Origin: Crocinitomicaceae bacterium
GTDB lineage: Bacteria > Bacteroidota > Bacteroidia > Flavobacteriales_D > Crocinitomicaceae
DNA: 64,000 bases
Direction: 5' to 3'
Assembly: GCA_044350515.1 (NCBI GenBank)
Contig: JBILHL010000002.1
Coordinates: forward strand, 1-64,000
Part shown: piece after piece, positions 30,267-40,548 of the stretch
How positions within the stretch are numbered: position 1 is the stretch's first letter
How the letters are laid out: each line of letters starts with the position of its first letter
Position numbers and translations under genes: made by a program
The notes under the pieces: generated by a model
The model's input: only the letters and a program-made list of their open reading frames with translations
Told to the model about the DNA's origin: nothing
Database searches by the model: none

Positions 30267-31589
30267 CTACTCACCCATTAATTTTTCCATGTTAGCAACA
30301 TTGTACTTTTTGATGTAATAACCTGGAGCAATCGTTTTGGATATCCAAACAATACCTCTTTTTATGGGATAACCTTTTCTGCCTTTTTTGCTTCCTCTTC
30401 GAATTGTGTTGAAGAAAAATTTAGTGTTCATACTTGAAAAAACAGAACATTGAAAATGATCAAAACGTTTTCCTCCCGATTGTTTGCGAACAAACTTGCT
30501 TCCATTCGCCGTCATTTTATCATAAGCAACAAACGCATTGATATAATTTACTTGTTCATCTGACTGACAATAACACAATTGCGTTGGTGCTTCTGGTTTC
30601 CAATCATATACATCGTTATCTTTTAAAATTCTTTGTAATTTTTCTGGATTACTAGAAATGTATTTTTTAACATATTCATCTTTTAGCATTGTCACTGGAA
30701 CTTCTGGCATCATTGGATTAATGTCCCAAATATCATAGTTTCCGTCGTAGTATTTTGCTACCACAGTATCGTATGGTGCTTTGAATAAGGATGTAAAATC
30801 TTCCTCAAATAAATCATAAACTTCGTCGTATGCTTTTAACAAATAAGGCAAATAACTTGGGAAAGCATATTTTTCAAACATACACTTACTTTGAACACCA
30901 GAAATATCGTAAGCCCCAGACATTGGCGAAGAAGCAGCAACATTGAACTCTTTACTATATTTTTCTTGAATTTCTTTATGCATTGCCATTGCCGCGTGTC
31001 CACCTTGCGAATAGCCAGTAATAAAAAGTCGATTGTCTGTTTTTACATTGTTTTGTTTCATTAATTCATGAACAGCTCGCATCATATCAATACTAGCTTG
31101 GGCCTCTGTTCCTGCATGTTGATATAAATGAAAACGATCTCCATTTCCAAGGCCAACATAATCCGGATAAGCAACAACATAACCTTCTGCCGCAAATCCA
31201 GCACAAATGGATTGCTCACCAATTTTGAGATTAATAGTTCTTAATTTACTTATTTTAGTTCCATGTAAATAAATCAGCTCTGAAGGAACAAGTTTGTTTG
31301 TGATTTTTGGGATAAAAACCATTCCTGAGGCTATAACAGTTGAGCCATCATGCCATTTTGTTTTGTAGGTAATATCAAATACCTCAAATCCAAATTTGAT
31401 GGGCATAATCATTTTTGGAATACTTCCTTGTTTCCAAATTTTACTTAACTCTTTTTTGGTAAACGACTTTTTTGCTGTTATACTAACTAAGTAACTATTC
31501 CCACTTGAATCTATATCGTTCGTTTGGTAAAATGCCCGACCAAAAAAAGACAATATTAATAACAAAGAAACTAAAGTTAATTTACACAT
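30267..31589 (-). CDS. secreted alpha/beta-hydrolase (lipase-like)
   Basis: Signal peptide; nucleophile elbow FITGYSQGGHAAMA. Confidence 0.5.
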   Translation of the reverse strand: MCKLTLVSLLLILSFFGRAFYQTNDIDSSGNSYLVSITAKKSFTKKELSKIWKQGSIPKMIMPIKFGFEVFDITYKTKWHDGSTVIASGMVFIPKITNKLVPSELIYLHGTKISKLRTINLKIGEQSICAGFAAEGYVVAYPDYVGLGNGDRFHLYQHAGTEAQASIDMMRAVHELMKQNNVKTDNRLFITGYSQGGHAAMAMHKEIQEKYSKEFNVAASSPMSGAYDISGVQSKCMFEKYAFPSYLPYLLKAYDEVYDLFEEDFTSLFKAPYDTVVAKYYDGNYDIWDINPMMPEVPVTMLKDEYVKKYISSNPEKLQRILKDNDVYDWKPEAPTQLCYCQSDEQVNYINAFVAYDKMTANGSKFVRKQSGGKRFDHFQCSVFSSMNTKFFFNTIRRGSKKGRKGYPIKRGIVWISKTIAPGYYIKKYNVANMEKLMGE

Positions 31590-31768
31590 ATATAGCTAAT
31601 TAAAAAAGATTTAGCTCAAATAAAAGTTTAAAAAAACCAATTTATTTGAATAGCCTAAGGTAATCTATTTATGAGCCGTAAATGTGAATTGAAATTGAAA
31701 TTAATGTTAAACTTGAAGTCATTGAATCGGTTTATAATATATCTAAATTCAAGAAAACCTGATAAAAT

Positions 31769-32254
31769 TTACTTCAAACACTTAAAGTAATCGAATGGCT
31801 CTTGGCAGTCATTGCACTGATACAATGCTTTGCATGCTGTGCTTCCGAATTGACTAACCATCCGTGTGTTTCTAGATGAACATTTTGGACAAGGAACGAC
31901 AGTTGGTTCTGCAAATAGTAAACTTTTGTCAACTTCATGTTCGGGTGGTGCAATACCATATTCTCTTAATTTGATTCTTCCGTTTTCAGAAAGCCAATCG
32001 GTATTCCAAGCTGGAGCTAAAACCAATTCTACTTTTGCAGAATCAATTCCTTTTTCTTTTAATTTCGAAAGAATATCTTCTTCCATTGTTTTCATAGCGG
32101 GGCAACCGCTATAAGTTGGAGTAATAGTAATCAACCAATCTCCATTAATAAATTGGGCGTCGCGAACAACGCCCAAATCAATTACTGATAGCACCGGAAT
32201 TTCCGGGTCACTAACTTCTTCAAGCCAATTATAAATCTGCTCATTGTTTACCAT
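31769..32254 (-). CDS. paaD: 1,2-phenylacetyl-CoA epoxidase subunit D
   Basis: DUF59/MIP18-like EIPVLSVIDLGVV plus C-terminal Cys4 ribbon CPKCSS...CNDC. Confidence 0.7.
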   Translation of the reverse strand: MVNNEQIYNWLEEVSDPEIPVLSVIDLGVVRDAQFINGDWLITITPTYSGCPAMKTMEEDILSKLKEKGIDSAKVELVLAPAWNTDWLSENGRIKLREYGIAPPEHEVDKSLLFAEPTVVPCPKCSSRNTRMVSQFGSTACKALYQCNDCQEPFDYFKCLK

Positions 32255-33003
32255 TGCATATTTGGGTAAGCACGTTGCATATATTGTAATTCGGACAACA
32301 AATGCCCAAAATGTTCTGAGTGCCGACCTTTACGACCTCCTCCAAACTTCCAATTATTAGTTGGTATTTCTAGTGTTGCTTCAGAGAAAACATATTTAAT
32401 TGTTGATTCCCACTCCGAACGAATTCCAGACAAATCGGGTAAAACACCACTTACTGTTAATTCATTTTCAACCTCATCTGAGTAAAATAATTCATCAGCG
32501 TAGCGCAATAAATTATTTAGTGAATTTTGAATGCGATCATGTGACTCAATTGTTCCATCACCTAAACGAATAACCCATTCCGAAGAATGTTTCAAATGGT
32601 ATCGTGTTTCTTTTAAAGATTTATCTGCAATTGCTGCCAATTGTTTATCAGAAGAATTTACTAATTTTTCAAACAAAGGCTTTCGGAAAGCATCGAATAA
32701 AAATTGTCGCATTAGTGTATCGCCAAAATCTCCATTTGGTTGTTCCACTAAAAGTACATTCACATACTCTTTTTCGTAGCGTAATAAACCTAATTTATCG
32801 CAATCTCTTCCTTTGTCTTCAATCAGTCCTGCATAATCCAAAATACTCATCGCTTGACCAATTAAATCCAACGATATATTTGTCATTGCGATGTCTTCTT
32901 CAAGGATTGGACCGTGACCACACCATTCTGCCAAACGTTGACCAAGAATCAAACTATCGTCTCCTAATCGAAGTAAATAGCGAAATAAAGCTTCGTTTTT
33001 CAT
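32248..33003 (-). CDS. paaC: 1,2-phenylacetyl-CoA epoxidase subunit C
   Basis: 251 aa ferritin-like; lies between paaB and paaD. Confidence 0.7.
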   Translation of the reverse strand: MKNEALFRYLLRLGDDSLILGQRLAEWCGHGPILEEDIAMTNISLDLIGQAMSILDYAGLIEDKGRDCDKLGLLRYEKEYVNVLLVEQPNGDFGDTLMRQFLFDAFRKPLFEKLVNSSDKQLAAIADKSLKETRYHLKHSSEWVIRLGDGTIESHDRIQNSLNNLLRYADELFYSDEVENELTVSGVLPDLSGIRSEWESTIKYVFSEATLEIPTNNWKFGGGRKGRHSEHFGHLLSELQYMQRAYPNMQW

Positions 33004-33006
33004 AGT

Positions 33007-33294
33007 TTACATGTGTTTGATTCCTTCATGTACTTCGTAAAAAGTTGGATGACGGAAAATTTTCGTGTCAGAAGGTTCAAAATATGCATCTGCATCTGCT
33101 GGGTCATTAGCATGAACATAGTTTGATTCAACTACCCAAATGCTAATTCCTTCCGAACGACGTGTGTAAACATCTCTAGCATTATCTAAAGCCATTGTTG
33201 AATCTGCTGCTCGTAAGCTTCCAACATGTTTGTGATTTAAACCTTGTTTACTTCTGATAAATACCTCCCAAAGAGGCCATTCCTTTGTTGACAT
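33007..33294 (-). CDS. paaB: 1,2-phenylacetyl-CoA epoxidase subunit B
   Basis: About 95 aa from MSTKEWPLWEVFIRSKQGLNHKHVGS; ORF 33007..33348 extends further upstream. Confidence 0.75.
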   Translation of the reverse strand: MSTKEWPLWEVFIRSKQGLNHKHVGSLRAADSTMALDNARDVYTRRSEGISIWVVESNYVHANDPADADAYFEPSDTKIFRHPTFYEVHEGIKHM

Positions 33295-33313
33295 TATTGC
33301 TGATTTAATGTAA

Positions 33314-34261
33314 TTATGCTGATTGTTTTTTCTTTCTTTTTTCTGCAAAAGCCAAAGCCGCTTCTCTTACCCACATTCCTTCTTCTTTTGCTTTTCTACG
33401 TGCGTCAACACGTTGTTTGTTGCATGGGCCATTTCCATTTACTACTTGCCAAAATTCATCCCAATTAATGGGTGTAAAATCATAATGACCAGTTTCCTCA
33501 TTCCATTTCAAATTTTCATCTGGAACTTTTAAACCAATCAACTCTGCTTGTGGAACTGTTGCATCAATAAAATTTTGACGTAATTCATCGTTCGATAAAC
33601 GTTTAATTTTCCACTTCATGGATTGGGCAGAATTTGGAGATTCGTCATCATTTGGTCCAAACATCATTAACGATGGCCACCAAAAACGATTCAAAGCATC
33701 TTGCGCCAATTCTTTTTGTTCTGGAGTTCCTTGTGCTAATTTTGTCAAAGATTCATAACCTTGACGTTGGTGAAAAGATTCTTCTTTACAAATTTTAACC
33801 ATCGCTCGTGCGTATGGGCCATAAGAACAACGACACAATGCAACCTGATTCATAATAGCAGCGCCATCAACTAGCCAACCAATTGCGCCAATATCAGCCC
33901 ACGAAAGTGCTGGGTAATTGAAAATCGAAGAATATTTTGCTTTACCTGAATGAAGGTCATCAATTGTTGCTTCTCTATCTGCACCTAAAGTTTCAGTTGC
34001 ACTATATAGATATAAACCATGACCCGCTTCGTCTTGAACTTTAGCTAGCAAAACAGCCTTTCGTCTTAGATTCGGAGCACGTGTAATCCAGTTCGCTTCC
34101 GGCAACATCCCTACAATTTCAGAATGTGCATGTTGCGACATCTGTCTAATTAACGTTTTTCTGTAGGCATCAGGCATCCAATCATTTGGTTCTATTTTAA
34201 CTTCTCGGTCGATTTTATCTTGAAACTTTTGCTCAAGATCGTTAGTTTCTAAAACTTTCAT
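33314..34261 (-). CDS. paaA: 1,2-phenylacetyl-CoA epoxidase catalytic subunit A
   Basis: 315 aa diiron ferritin-like oxygenase; E..H motifs (DEAGHG, EESFHQ). Confidence 0.8.
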   Translation of the reverse strand: MKVLETNDLEQKFQDKIDREVKIEPNDWMPDAYRKTLIRQMSQHAHSEIVGMLPEANWITRAPNLRRKAVLLAKVQDEAGHGLYLYSATETLGADREATIDDLHSGKAKYSSIFNYPALSWADIGAIGWLVDGAAIMNQVALCRCSYGPYARAMVKICKEESFHQRQGYESLTKLAQGTPEQKELAQDALNRFWWPSLMMFGPNDDESPNSAQSMKWKIKRLSNDELRQNFIDATVPQAELIGLKVPDENLKWNEETGHYDFTPINWDEFWQVVNGNGPCNKQRVDARRKAKEEGMWVREAALAFAEKRKKKQSA

Positions 34262-34394
34262 AAGTAATGATTATTTGACAAATATAACTAAAATTTGAGG
34301 GGCTAAAATATGATGTAAATCATAAAAGTTAACCCATCATCGAAAACATATAATTCATTCAATTGTTTATCTTTGGCGAATTAAAAAACACTAA

Positions 34395-35465
34395 ATGACT
34401 CCTAAATTTCATTCACTTATTATCAAAGATATAAAAAGAGAAACAAAAGATGCTGTATCTATTTCTTTTGATATTCCTGATGAATTAGTAACAGACTATC
34501 ACTACGAGTCGGGTCAATATTTAACCTTAAAAACAACAATAAGTAACGAAGAAATTCGTAGGTCATATTCTTTGTGCTCTTCACCTTTTGAAAACGAGTG
34601 GAGAGTTGCTGTTAAACAAATAGAAAATGGTGTTTTTTCAACTTACGCTAACAAATCACTTAAAGTTGGAAATACTTTAGAGGTTATGACCCCAACTGGT
34701 AATTTCAAGCTTACTTCTGTGAAAAACTCAAAAAAATCATACGTTTTATACGCGGCAGGAAGCGGAATAACTCCGATTTTCTCCATTGCTAAAACTATTT
34801 TAGAAGAAGAAGAGGGTGATGTTACTTTGTTTTACGGTAATAAAGGATTTTACGGCGTTATTTTTAGAGAAGAATTAGAGGCTTTGAAAAACAAGTATTT
34901 AAATCGCATTCGCATCATTCATATTTTCTCACGTGAAAGTCCTGGAAATAAAATACAAAAAGGACGCATAGACAAAGAAAAATGTGGAGAATTATTCAAT
35001 GCCTTTTTAAAAAACCAATCAATTGATGAAGTGTTTATTTGTGGTCCTGAACAAATGATTTTAAATGTTCGCGAATCACTGATAGAAAACGGTATCGATT
35101 CGCAAAATATTCATTTTGAATTATTCGCATCTAACATTAAAAAAGAAAAAACAGCAGATGAAATAGCTAATCAAGCACCTTCATTTGATTCCAAAGTTCA
35201 GATTATTCTGGATGGTGACATCATTGATTTTGAATTAGATTCCAATGGAAAAACGATTTTAGATGCTGCTCAAGATGCAGGTGCAGATTTACCTTTTGCT
35301 TGTAAGGGTGGAGTTTGTTGTACTTGTAAAGCAAAAGTATTAGAAGGTTCAGCGAGCATGGACGTTAATTACGCATTAATGCCTGACGAGGTTGAAAACG
35401 GTTATATATTGACTTGTCAAGCACATCCGACAAGCGAGAAAATTTTAGTTTCATTTGACGATTAA
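34395..35465 (+). CDS. paaE: phenylacetyl-CoA epoxidase reductase subunit (FNR-like FAD/NAD domain plus 2Fe-2S ferredoxin)
   Basis: RRSYSLCSSP (FAD site), GSGITP (NAD site) and C-terminal CKGGVCCTCKAKVLEG 2Fe-2S; 356 aa. Confidence 0.7.
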   Translation: MTPKFHSLIIKDIKRETKDAVSISFDIPDELVTDYHYESGQYLTLKTTISNEEIRRSYSLCSSPFENEWRVAVKQIENGVFSTYANKSLKVGNTLEVMTPTGNFKLTSVKNSKKSYVLYAAGSGITPIFSIAKTILEEEEGDVTLFYGNKGFYGVIFREELEALKNKYLNRIRIIHIFSRESPGNKIQKGRIDKEKCGELFNAFLKNQSIDEVFICGPEQMILNVRESLIENGIDSQNIHFELFASNIKKEKTADEIANQAPSFDSKVQIILDGDIIDFELDSNGKTILDAAQDAGADLPFACKGGVCCTCKAKVLEGSASMDVNYALMPDEVENGYILTCQAHPTSEKILVSFDD

Positions 35466-35468
35466 GAA

Positions 35469-36536
35469 ATGGGGATATTTGATATTTTTAAGAAAAAAGA
35501 ATTTAAACCGAAAGGAAGTAAAGGTTTCCACGAGGTAAGTATTGACTTGAAACGTATAACGAAAGATGCTGTTCAAGTAACTTTTAACATTCCAACGGAG
35601 TTAAAATCTAGTTTTGGATTTATTGCAGGTCAATATGTTAATATTGAAGTTTTCCTAAAAGGTAAAAATCAACGTCGCTCCTACTCTATTTGTAGTGGTG
35701 AAAATGAGGCACTTTCGATAGCAGTTAAAGCTGTCGACAAAGGAATTGTTTCCAATTGGTTTAATTCAGAAGCTATCTCAGGCGATAAAATTCACATTTC
35801 AAAACCAGAGGGAGGGTTTTACTTGACTGATGAGCAGAAAAATGTGGTTGCAATCGCTGCTGGAAGTGGAATTACGCCTATTTTATCGATTGCTAAAAGC
35901 TTGGAAGGAAAAGGGAAATTGAACTTATTTTATGGAAATCAAACCCAAGATAAAGCACTATTTTTAGCAGAATTAAATGCTTTAAGTTGCGTTAATCCAA
36001 CTTACTATCTAAGTCAAGAAACGAAAGAAGGATACAAAAAAGGACGTATTGACAAAGAAAATTTCACCTCAGAAATTAAACAAAACCTAGAATTATTAAA
36101 AGCGGACTGCTTTTTAATATGTGGTCCTGAAGAAATGATTCATTCTACGAAAGAAGTTTTAAAATTCTTTGGTGTTCAAGATACCAAAATCAAATTTGAA
36201 CTTTTTACCACGCCAACGGCAGCTCCCATTTTACAAAAAGAAATGAACTTCAAAGGAAAAAGCCACATCAAAGTGACGCTTGACCACGAAGTGACAGCTT
36301 TTGACATGCAAGTTCCAGGAGGTACAATACTTGAAATGGTTGAGAAATCAGGTTTAGATGTTCCATACTCTTGTCGTGGTGGTGTTTGTTCTTCTTGTAA
36401 AGCTAAAGTTTTAGAAGGAGATGTTGCCATGAAATTAAACTATTCTTTAACCGATGAAGAAGTAGTGAAAGGTTATGTCTTAACCTGTCAATCTGTTCCT
36501 CAAAGTGAGAATGTTACACTAACTTACGATGTTTAA
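35469..36536 (+). CDS. second paaE-like ferredoxin-NAD(P) reductase paralog (tandem duplicate)
   Basis: Same architecture: RRSYSICSGE, GSGITP, CRGGVCSSCKAKVLEG; 355 aa. Confidence 0.65.
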   Translation: MGIFDIFKKKEFKPKGSKGFHEVSIDLKRITKDAVQVTFNIPTELKSSFGFIAGQYVNIEVFLKGKNQRRSYSICSGENEALSIAVKAVDKGIVSNWFNSEAISGDKIHISKPEGGFYLTDEQKNVVAIAAGSGITPILSIAKSLEGKGKLNLFYGNQTQDKALFLAELNALSCVNPTYYLSQETKEGYKKGRIDKENFTSEIKQNLELLKADCFLICGPEEMIHSTKEVLKFFGVQDTKIKFELFTTPTAAPILQKEMNFKGKSHIKVTLDHEVTAFDMQVPGGTILEMVEKSGLDVPYSCRGGVCSSCKAKVLEGDVAMKLNYSLTDEEVVKGYVLTCQSVPQSENVTLTYDV

Positions 36537-37218
36537 AACCGTTGTAATTGTTGGTGCTAGCCGAGGAATTGGAAAAGCACTAGTTGAAAATTTTGCGCAA
36601 AGAGAAAATTTCAAAGTGATTGCACTAGCTAGAAATTTGGAGAAAATGCAAGCAGATTTCGCTGGTTTTTCGAGTGTTAGTTGTTTTTCATTTAATCTTG
36701 AAAGAAATGTCAAAACACAAGCTGAAGCAATTTTTTTGCAAATTGGAAAAATAGACTTTTTAATCAATAATGCTGGCTTTTTAGTGAATAAACCTTTTGT
36801 TAAAATTAGTGCTGAAGAACTTCAGAAATCCTACCAAATCAATCTTTTTGGAGTTTTTGAAACGGTACAGGCAGCTATTCCCTTTTTCAATGTGTCAAGT
36901 TCTCACATTGTCAACATTAGTTCAATGGGTGGATTTCAAGGCTCTATGAAATTTGCGGGTTTAAGTGCTTACTCTACATCTAAAGCAGCACTTTGTAGCT
37001 TCACTGAATTGTTTTCTGAAGAATACAAAGATTCAACTATAGCAATGAATTGTTTGTGTCTTGGATCGGTTCAAACTGAAATGCTAGAAGAAGCTTTTCC
37101 GGGTTACCAAGCACCTTTGAATCCGGAACAAATAAGTGAATACATTTCTGACTTCACATTAAGTGCACATAAATTTATGAAAGGGAAAATAATTCCTTTA
37201 TCCTTAACAAATCCGTAA
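36529..37218 (+). CDS. short-chain dehydrogenase/reductase (SDR)
   Basis: VIVGASRGIGKAL Rossmann motif and YSTSKAA catalytic motif; ATG sits inside the upstream stop (gATGTTTAA). Confidence 0.75.
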   Translation: MFKTVVIVGASRGIGKALVENFAQRENFKVIALARNLEKMQADFAGFSSVSCFSFNLERNVKTQAEAIFLQIGKIDFLINNAGFLVNKPFVKISAEELQKSYQINLFGVFETVQAAIPFFNVSSSHIVNISSMGGFQGSMKFAGLSAYSTSKAALCSFTELFSEEYKDSTIAMNCLCLGSVQTEMLEEAFPGYQAPLNPEQISEYISDFTLSAHKFMKGKIIPLSLTNP

Positions 37219-37267
37219 CAATTAGATTTTTCATTTTTTTTAGTAACTTAGTTGACTAATCTCCCAA

Positions 37268-38263
37268 ATGACAAAACGAACATTGCTCTCCATTCTCGTT
37301 TTTTCCTTCTTCCAAACAAGTTTTGGTCAGGACATTCATTGGTCACAGTTTAACGACAATCAATTATTTCAAAACCCAGGTCAAGCTGGGCATTTTGATG
37401 GAGACTATCGTTTTATTGCCAACTACCGCGATCAATGGAGAAGTGTTACCGTTCCTTTTAGTACGCTTTCTATGTCTGCCGACGCTAAGTTCAAGGATTA
37501 CGGAGTTGGTTTATTGCTTTTTCATGACCAAGCCGGAGATGGTACTTTTAGAACTGTAGAGTTTCAAGGAAATGTTTCTCGTTTGTTTAAACTCACAAAA
37601 GACTCCACCCATACGATTCGTCCAGGAATAAACTTCGGTATGAATCACCGACAAATTAATTGGGATGCTTTATATTTTGACAGTCAGTATAATGGTTACA
37701 TTTTTAATCCTTCAGCGGCAACAAATGAAAACTACCAAAGCGACCGCAAAACAAATATTTCCATTGGTGTAGGTTCTTTGTATGAATGGAGGAAAAATGA
37801 ACGCTTTAAAGTGCTTTCGGGTTTTGGAATTTACAACTTGAATAGACCAAACCAAGGGTTTTATTTCGATAAAATTCAACGAGACATTCGCTTTACAGTA
37901 TTTGCCAAAGGAACGTTTAAAATCAATCGTAAATGGGATGCAGTTCCAAGTTTACAATTCAATAATCAAGGAAAATACCGGGAATTATTACTGGGAGGTT
38001 CCGCAAAATATTACGTTACCTCAAACACAAAAATTTACCAAGCACTTTACGGTGGAATTTGGTACAGAAATCGAGATGCTGCTTACCTTACTTTTGGATA
38101 TGATTATAAAGATTTTTTCGTGGGAGTTAGCTATGATATTAATTTTTCGAAATTAGTACCAGCCAGCAACGGAAGGGGAGGTTTAGAAATTGCAGTTAGG
38201 TACATCATCCGTACGTTTAAACCAAAAAAAATCATTCACCGTGTATGTCCAGATTACATTTAG
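37268..38263 (+). CDS. sprF: type IX secretion system membrane protein, PorP/SprF family
   Basis: Signal peptide then QDIHWSQFNDNQLFQNPGQAG typical of the PorP/SprF N-terminus; beta-barrel-like C-terminus. Confidence 0.8.
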   Translation: MTKRTLLSILVFSFFQTSFGQDIHWSQFNDNQLFQNPGQAGHFDGDYRFIANYRDQWRSVTVPFSTLSMSADAKFKDYGVGLLLFHDQAGDGTFRTVEFQGNVSRLFKLTKDSTHTIRPGINFGMNHRQINWDALYFDSQYNGYIFNPSAATNENYQSDRKTNISIGVGSLYEWRKNERFKVLSGFGIYNLNRPNQGFYFDKIQRDIRFTVFAKGTFKINRKWDAVPSLQFNNQGKYRELLLGGSAKYYVTSNTKIYQALYGGIWYRNRDAAYLTFGYDYKDFFVGVSYDINFSKLVPASNGRGGLEIAVRYIIRTFKPKKIIHRVCPDYI

Positions 38264-40536
38264 TTGTTCTATTTATCCTATTTACTTTCCAATCTTTCTC
38301 GCAAGCGAAACTCAAACAAATCGTTTCATTTGCTGACGAGCAATTTAAAAAAGGAGATTACTACTACGCGCTTGAATATTACAAACTAGCACTTGCTCAG
38401 GATTCTAATTCACTTGAACTTACTTGGAAATATGCAGAAACACATAGAGCTTATAAAGATTACTTTCAAGCAGAAAAATATTATGCGCTTGTTTATGCAA
38501 AAGATAACGATTTAATTTATCCAGCAAGTTTACTTAATTTGGGTTTAATGCAAAAGCATAATGGTAATTACAAGCAAGCTTTTGAAACGATGAAATTGGC
38601 AAAAAAACGATATAGTGGAGGCGAAGACGATTACCTCTACCGAAAATCGATTCAAGAAGTTGACGCTTGCGCATGGGCAATGAAAAATTACGCTGACACA
38701 GCTAAACCCATGAGCCGTTTACCTTTATCTGTTAATTCTTATGATGCAGATTTTGGCCATACAGTTAAAGATAATAAACTTATATTTTCCTCACTTCGAG
38801 CTGATTCAATAAAAGATGCAACCCAAGAAGTTTACTCCAAAAGTTATAAAACGAAATTATATGCTTCAGAAATAAAAAATGAGAAGTTTGAAGCCAACAA
38901 ACAAATCCAAGACTTAATAATTCAAAAACTAAACACTGGAAATGGCACCTTTTCGCTCGATGGTAAGAAATTCTATTTTAGTGCCTGCGAAGATGAAGGG
39001 TATAACTACCGTTGTAAAATAATGTTTGCAAATTATTCAAATGGAAAATGGTCGAAAATTGACTCACTAAAGCAAGAAATAAATCCTATTGGAACAAATA
39101 ACACCATGCCTTTCATTAGTAAATTGAACGGAGAAGAAGTACTCTTTTTCGCATCAGATAGAGAAGGAACAAAAGGAGGATTGGATATTTGGTATGCTTT
39201 TACTGATGAAAACAATCGTTTCAAAGCAGTCACAAACGTGGCAACAATCAATTCTATTGACAATGAATTAACACCTTGGATGGACACAGTTGAGAATAAA
39301 CTTTACTTTTCATCTTCTTGGCATTATGGATTTGGTGGAACAGATGTGTTTTACTCGAAAATTACAGGAAATAAATTTGCAGCACCAGTTAATATTGGTT
39401 TACCATTTAATAGTCCTGCCAATGATCAGTACTTTTTCAAGCACAACGATACAACTTATGTTTCGTCCAACCGAATTGGAAGTTACTACTCCAAAAACCC
39501 CACCTGTTGCAGCGACATTTTTGCGAAATATCCTCCTAAAAAAGCACCTGAAATTGTTGAAGTAAAAACAGAAACAAAGACGGAAACGAAAACTAATATT
39601 GAAACGAAAATCGAAACTGAATTTCAAAAACGCATTAAAGAAAAACTCCCGGTAACACTTTATTTCAGAAATGATGAGCCGGATGCTTCTTCGATGGCAA
39701 CAGTTACAAAACAAAACTATATCAATACTTATAAATTATACCAAGAACGATATAACCTTTACAAAACAGAGGTTGCAAAAGGTCTTCCACAAAACGAAGC
39801 ATCCAAAAAACAACGCGATTTAGATGAATTTTTTCAAAAAAATGTGGACAAAGGTGCAACAGATTTAATTTCTTTTACGGACATGATTTTGCAAGAATTA
39901 AAAAATGGTTCGGTTGTTACTTTAACTATTAAAGGATTTGCAAGTCCCGTTGCGAAAACAGCTTATAACGTAAACCTGACCAAAAGAAGAATTTCGTCAT
40001 TAACTAATTATTTCAACGAAACTAATAATGGCGAATTCAAAGAATACATTCAAGGAAAAGGAAAAAACGGAGGAAAGTTAATATTTGCAATTGTTCCTTT
40101 TGGAGAATATACTGCAAATCAGACTACAAGTGATGATATAAAAAATCAAAGCAGCTCAGTGTTTTCAAAAGAAGCTGGAATTGAACGAAAAATTCAAATT
40201 GAAAATGTGAGTTTTGACAAAGGCGACGTTCCATTTCCAATTGAAAGTTTAAACCCAATTTTTACTGCTGGCGAAGTTAAAAAAGGCGATAAAATAACAG
40301 GCTCTTTCAAAATTGATAATATTAGTTCTGAAACAATCGAACTTGAACTAGATAATTCAGATACAGCAATTCAAGCAAGTTTCAATTCCATTAAGGTAGC
40401 GCCAAAATCAAGCACAATTGTTACTTTTGTTGTCGATACGCAAACTATGTCGGGACTTTCTAAAAACATGTTCAAAGTGAAGGTGAAAGGATTCCTAGAT
40501 AGTATTGAGTTCTTTGTTACATCAGAAGTTAAATAA
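38245..40536 (+). CDS. TPR / PD40-like beta-propeller / OmpA-like domain protein with a (T-E-T-K)n linker
   Basis: 763 aa; N-terminal TPR (YYYALEYYKLALAQ), PD40-like FFASDREGTKGGLDIWYAF, low-complexity KTETKTETKTNIETKIETE; same architecture as the interrupted gene at 3345-5864. Confidence 0.5.
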   Translation: MSRLHLVVLFILFTFQSFSQAKLKQIVSFADEQFKKGDYYYALEYYKLALAQDSNSLELTWKYAETHRAYKDYFQAEKYYALVYAKDNDLIYPASLLNLGLMQKHNGNYKQAFETMKLAKKRYSGGEDDYLYRKSIQEVDACAWAMKNYADTAKPMSRLPLSVNSYDADFGHTVKDNKLIFSSLRADSIKDATQEVYSKSYKTKLYASEIKNEKFEANKQIQDLIIQKLNTGNGTFSLDGKKFYFSACEDEGYNYRCKIMFANYSNGKWSKIDSLKQEINPIGTNNTMPFISKLNGEEVLFFASDREGTKGGLDIWYAFTDENNRFKAVTNVATINSIDNELTPWMDTVENKLYFSSSWHYGFGGTDVFYSKITGNKFAAPVNIGLPFNSPANDQYFFKHNDTTYVSSNRIGSYYSKNPTCCSDIFAKYPPKKAPEIVEVKTETKTETKTNIETKIETEFQKRIKEKLPVTLYFRNDEPDASSMATVTKQNYINTYKLYQERYNLYKTEVAKGLPQNEASKKQRDLDEFFQKNVDKGATDLISFTDMILQELKNGSVVTLTIKGFASPVAKTAYNVNLTKRRISSLTNYFNETNNGEFKEYIQGKGKNGGKLIFAIVPFGEYTANQTTSDDIKNQSSSVFSKEAGIERKIQIENVSFDKGDVPFPIESLNPIFTAGEVKKGDKITGSFKIDNISSETIELELDNSDTAIQASFNSIKVAPKSSTIVTFVVDTQTMSGLSKNMFKVKVKGFLDSIEFFVTSEVK

Positions 40537-40548
40537 AACATTCCAATA

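Noticed and set aside
29486-31589. Calling the 440-aa hydrolase a cyanophycinase
   Set aside because: Cyanophycinases are S51 peptidases with a GxSAG-type motif and a different size. This protein has a lipase-like GYSQGG elbow, so only a generic alpha/beta-hydrolase call is made.
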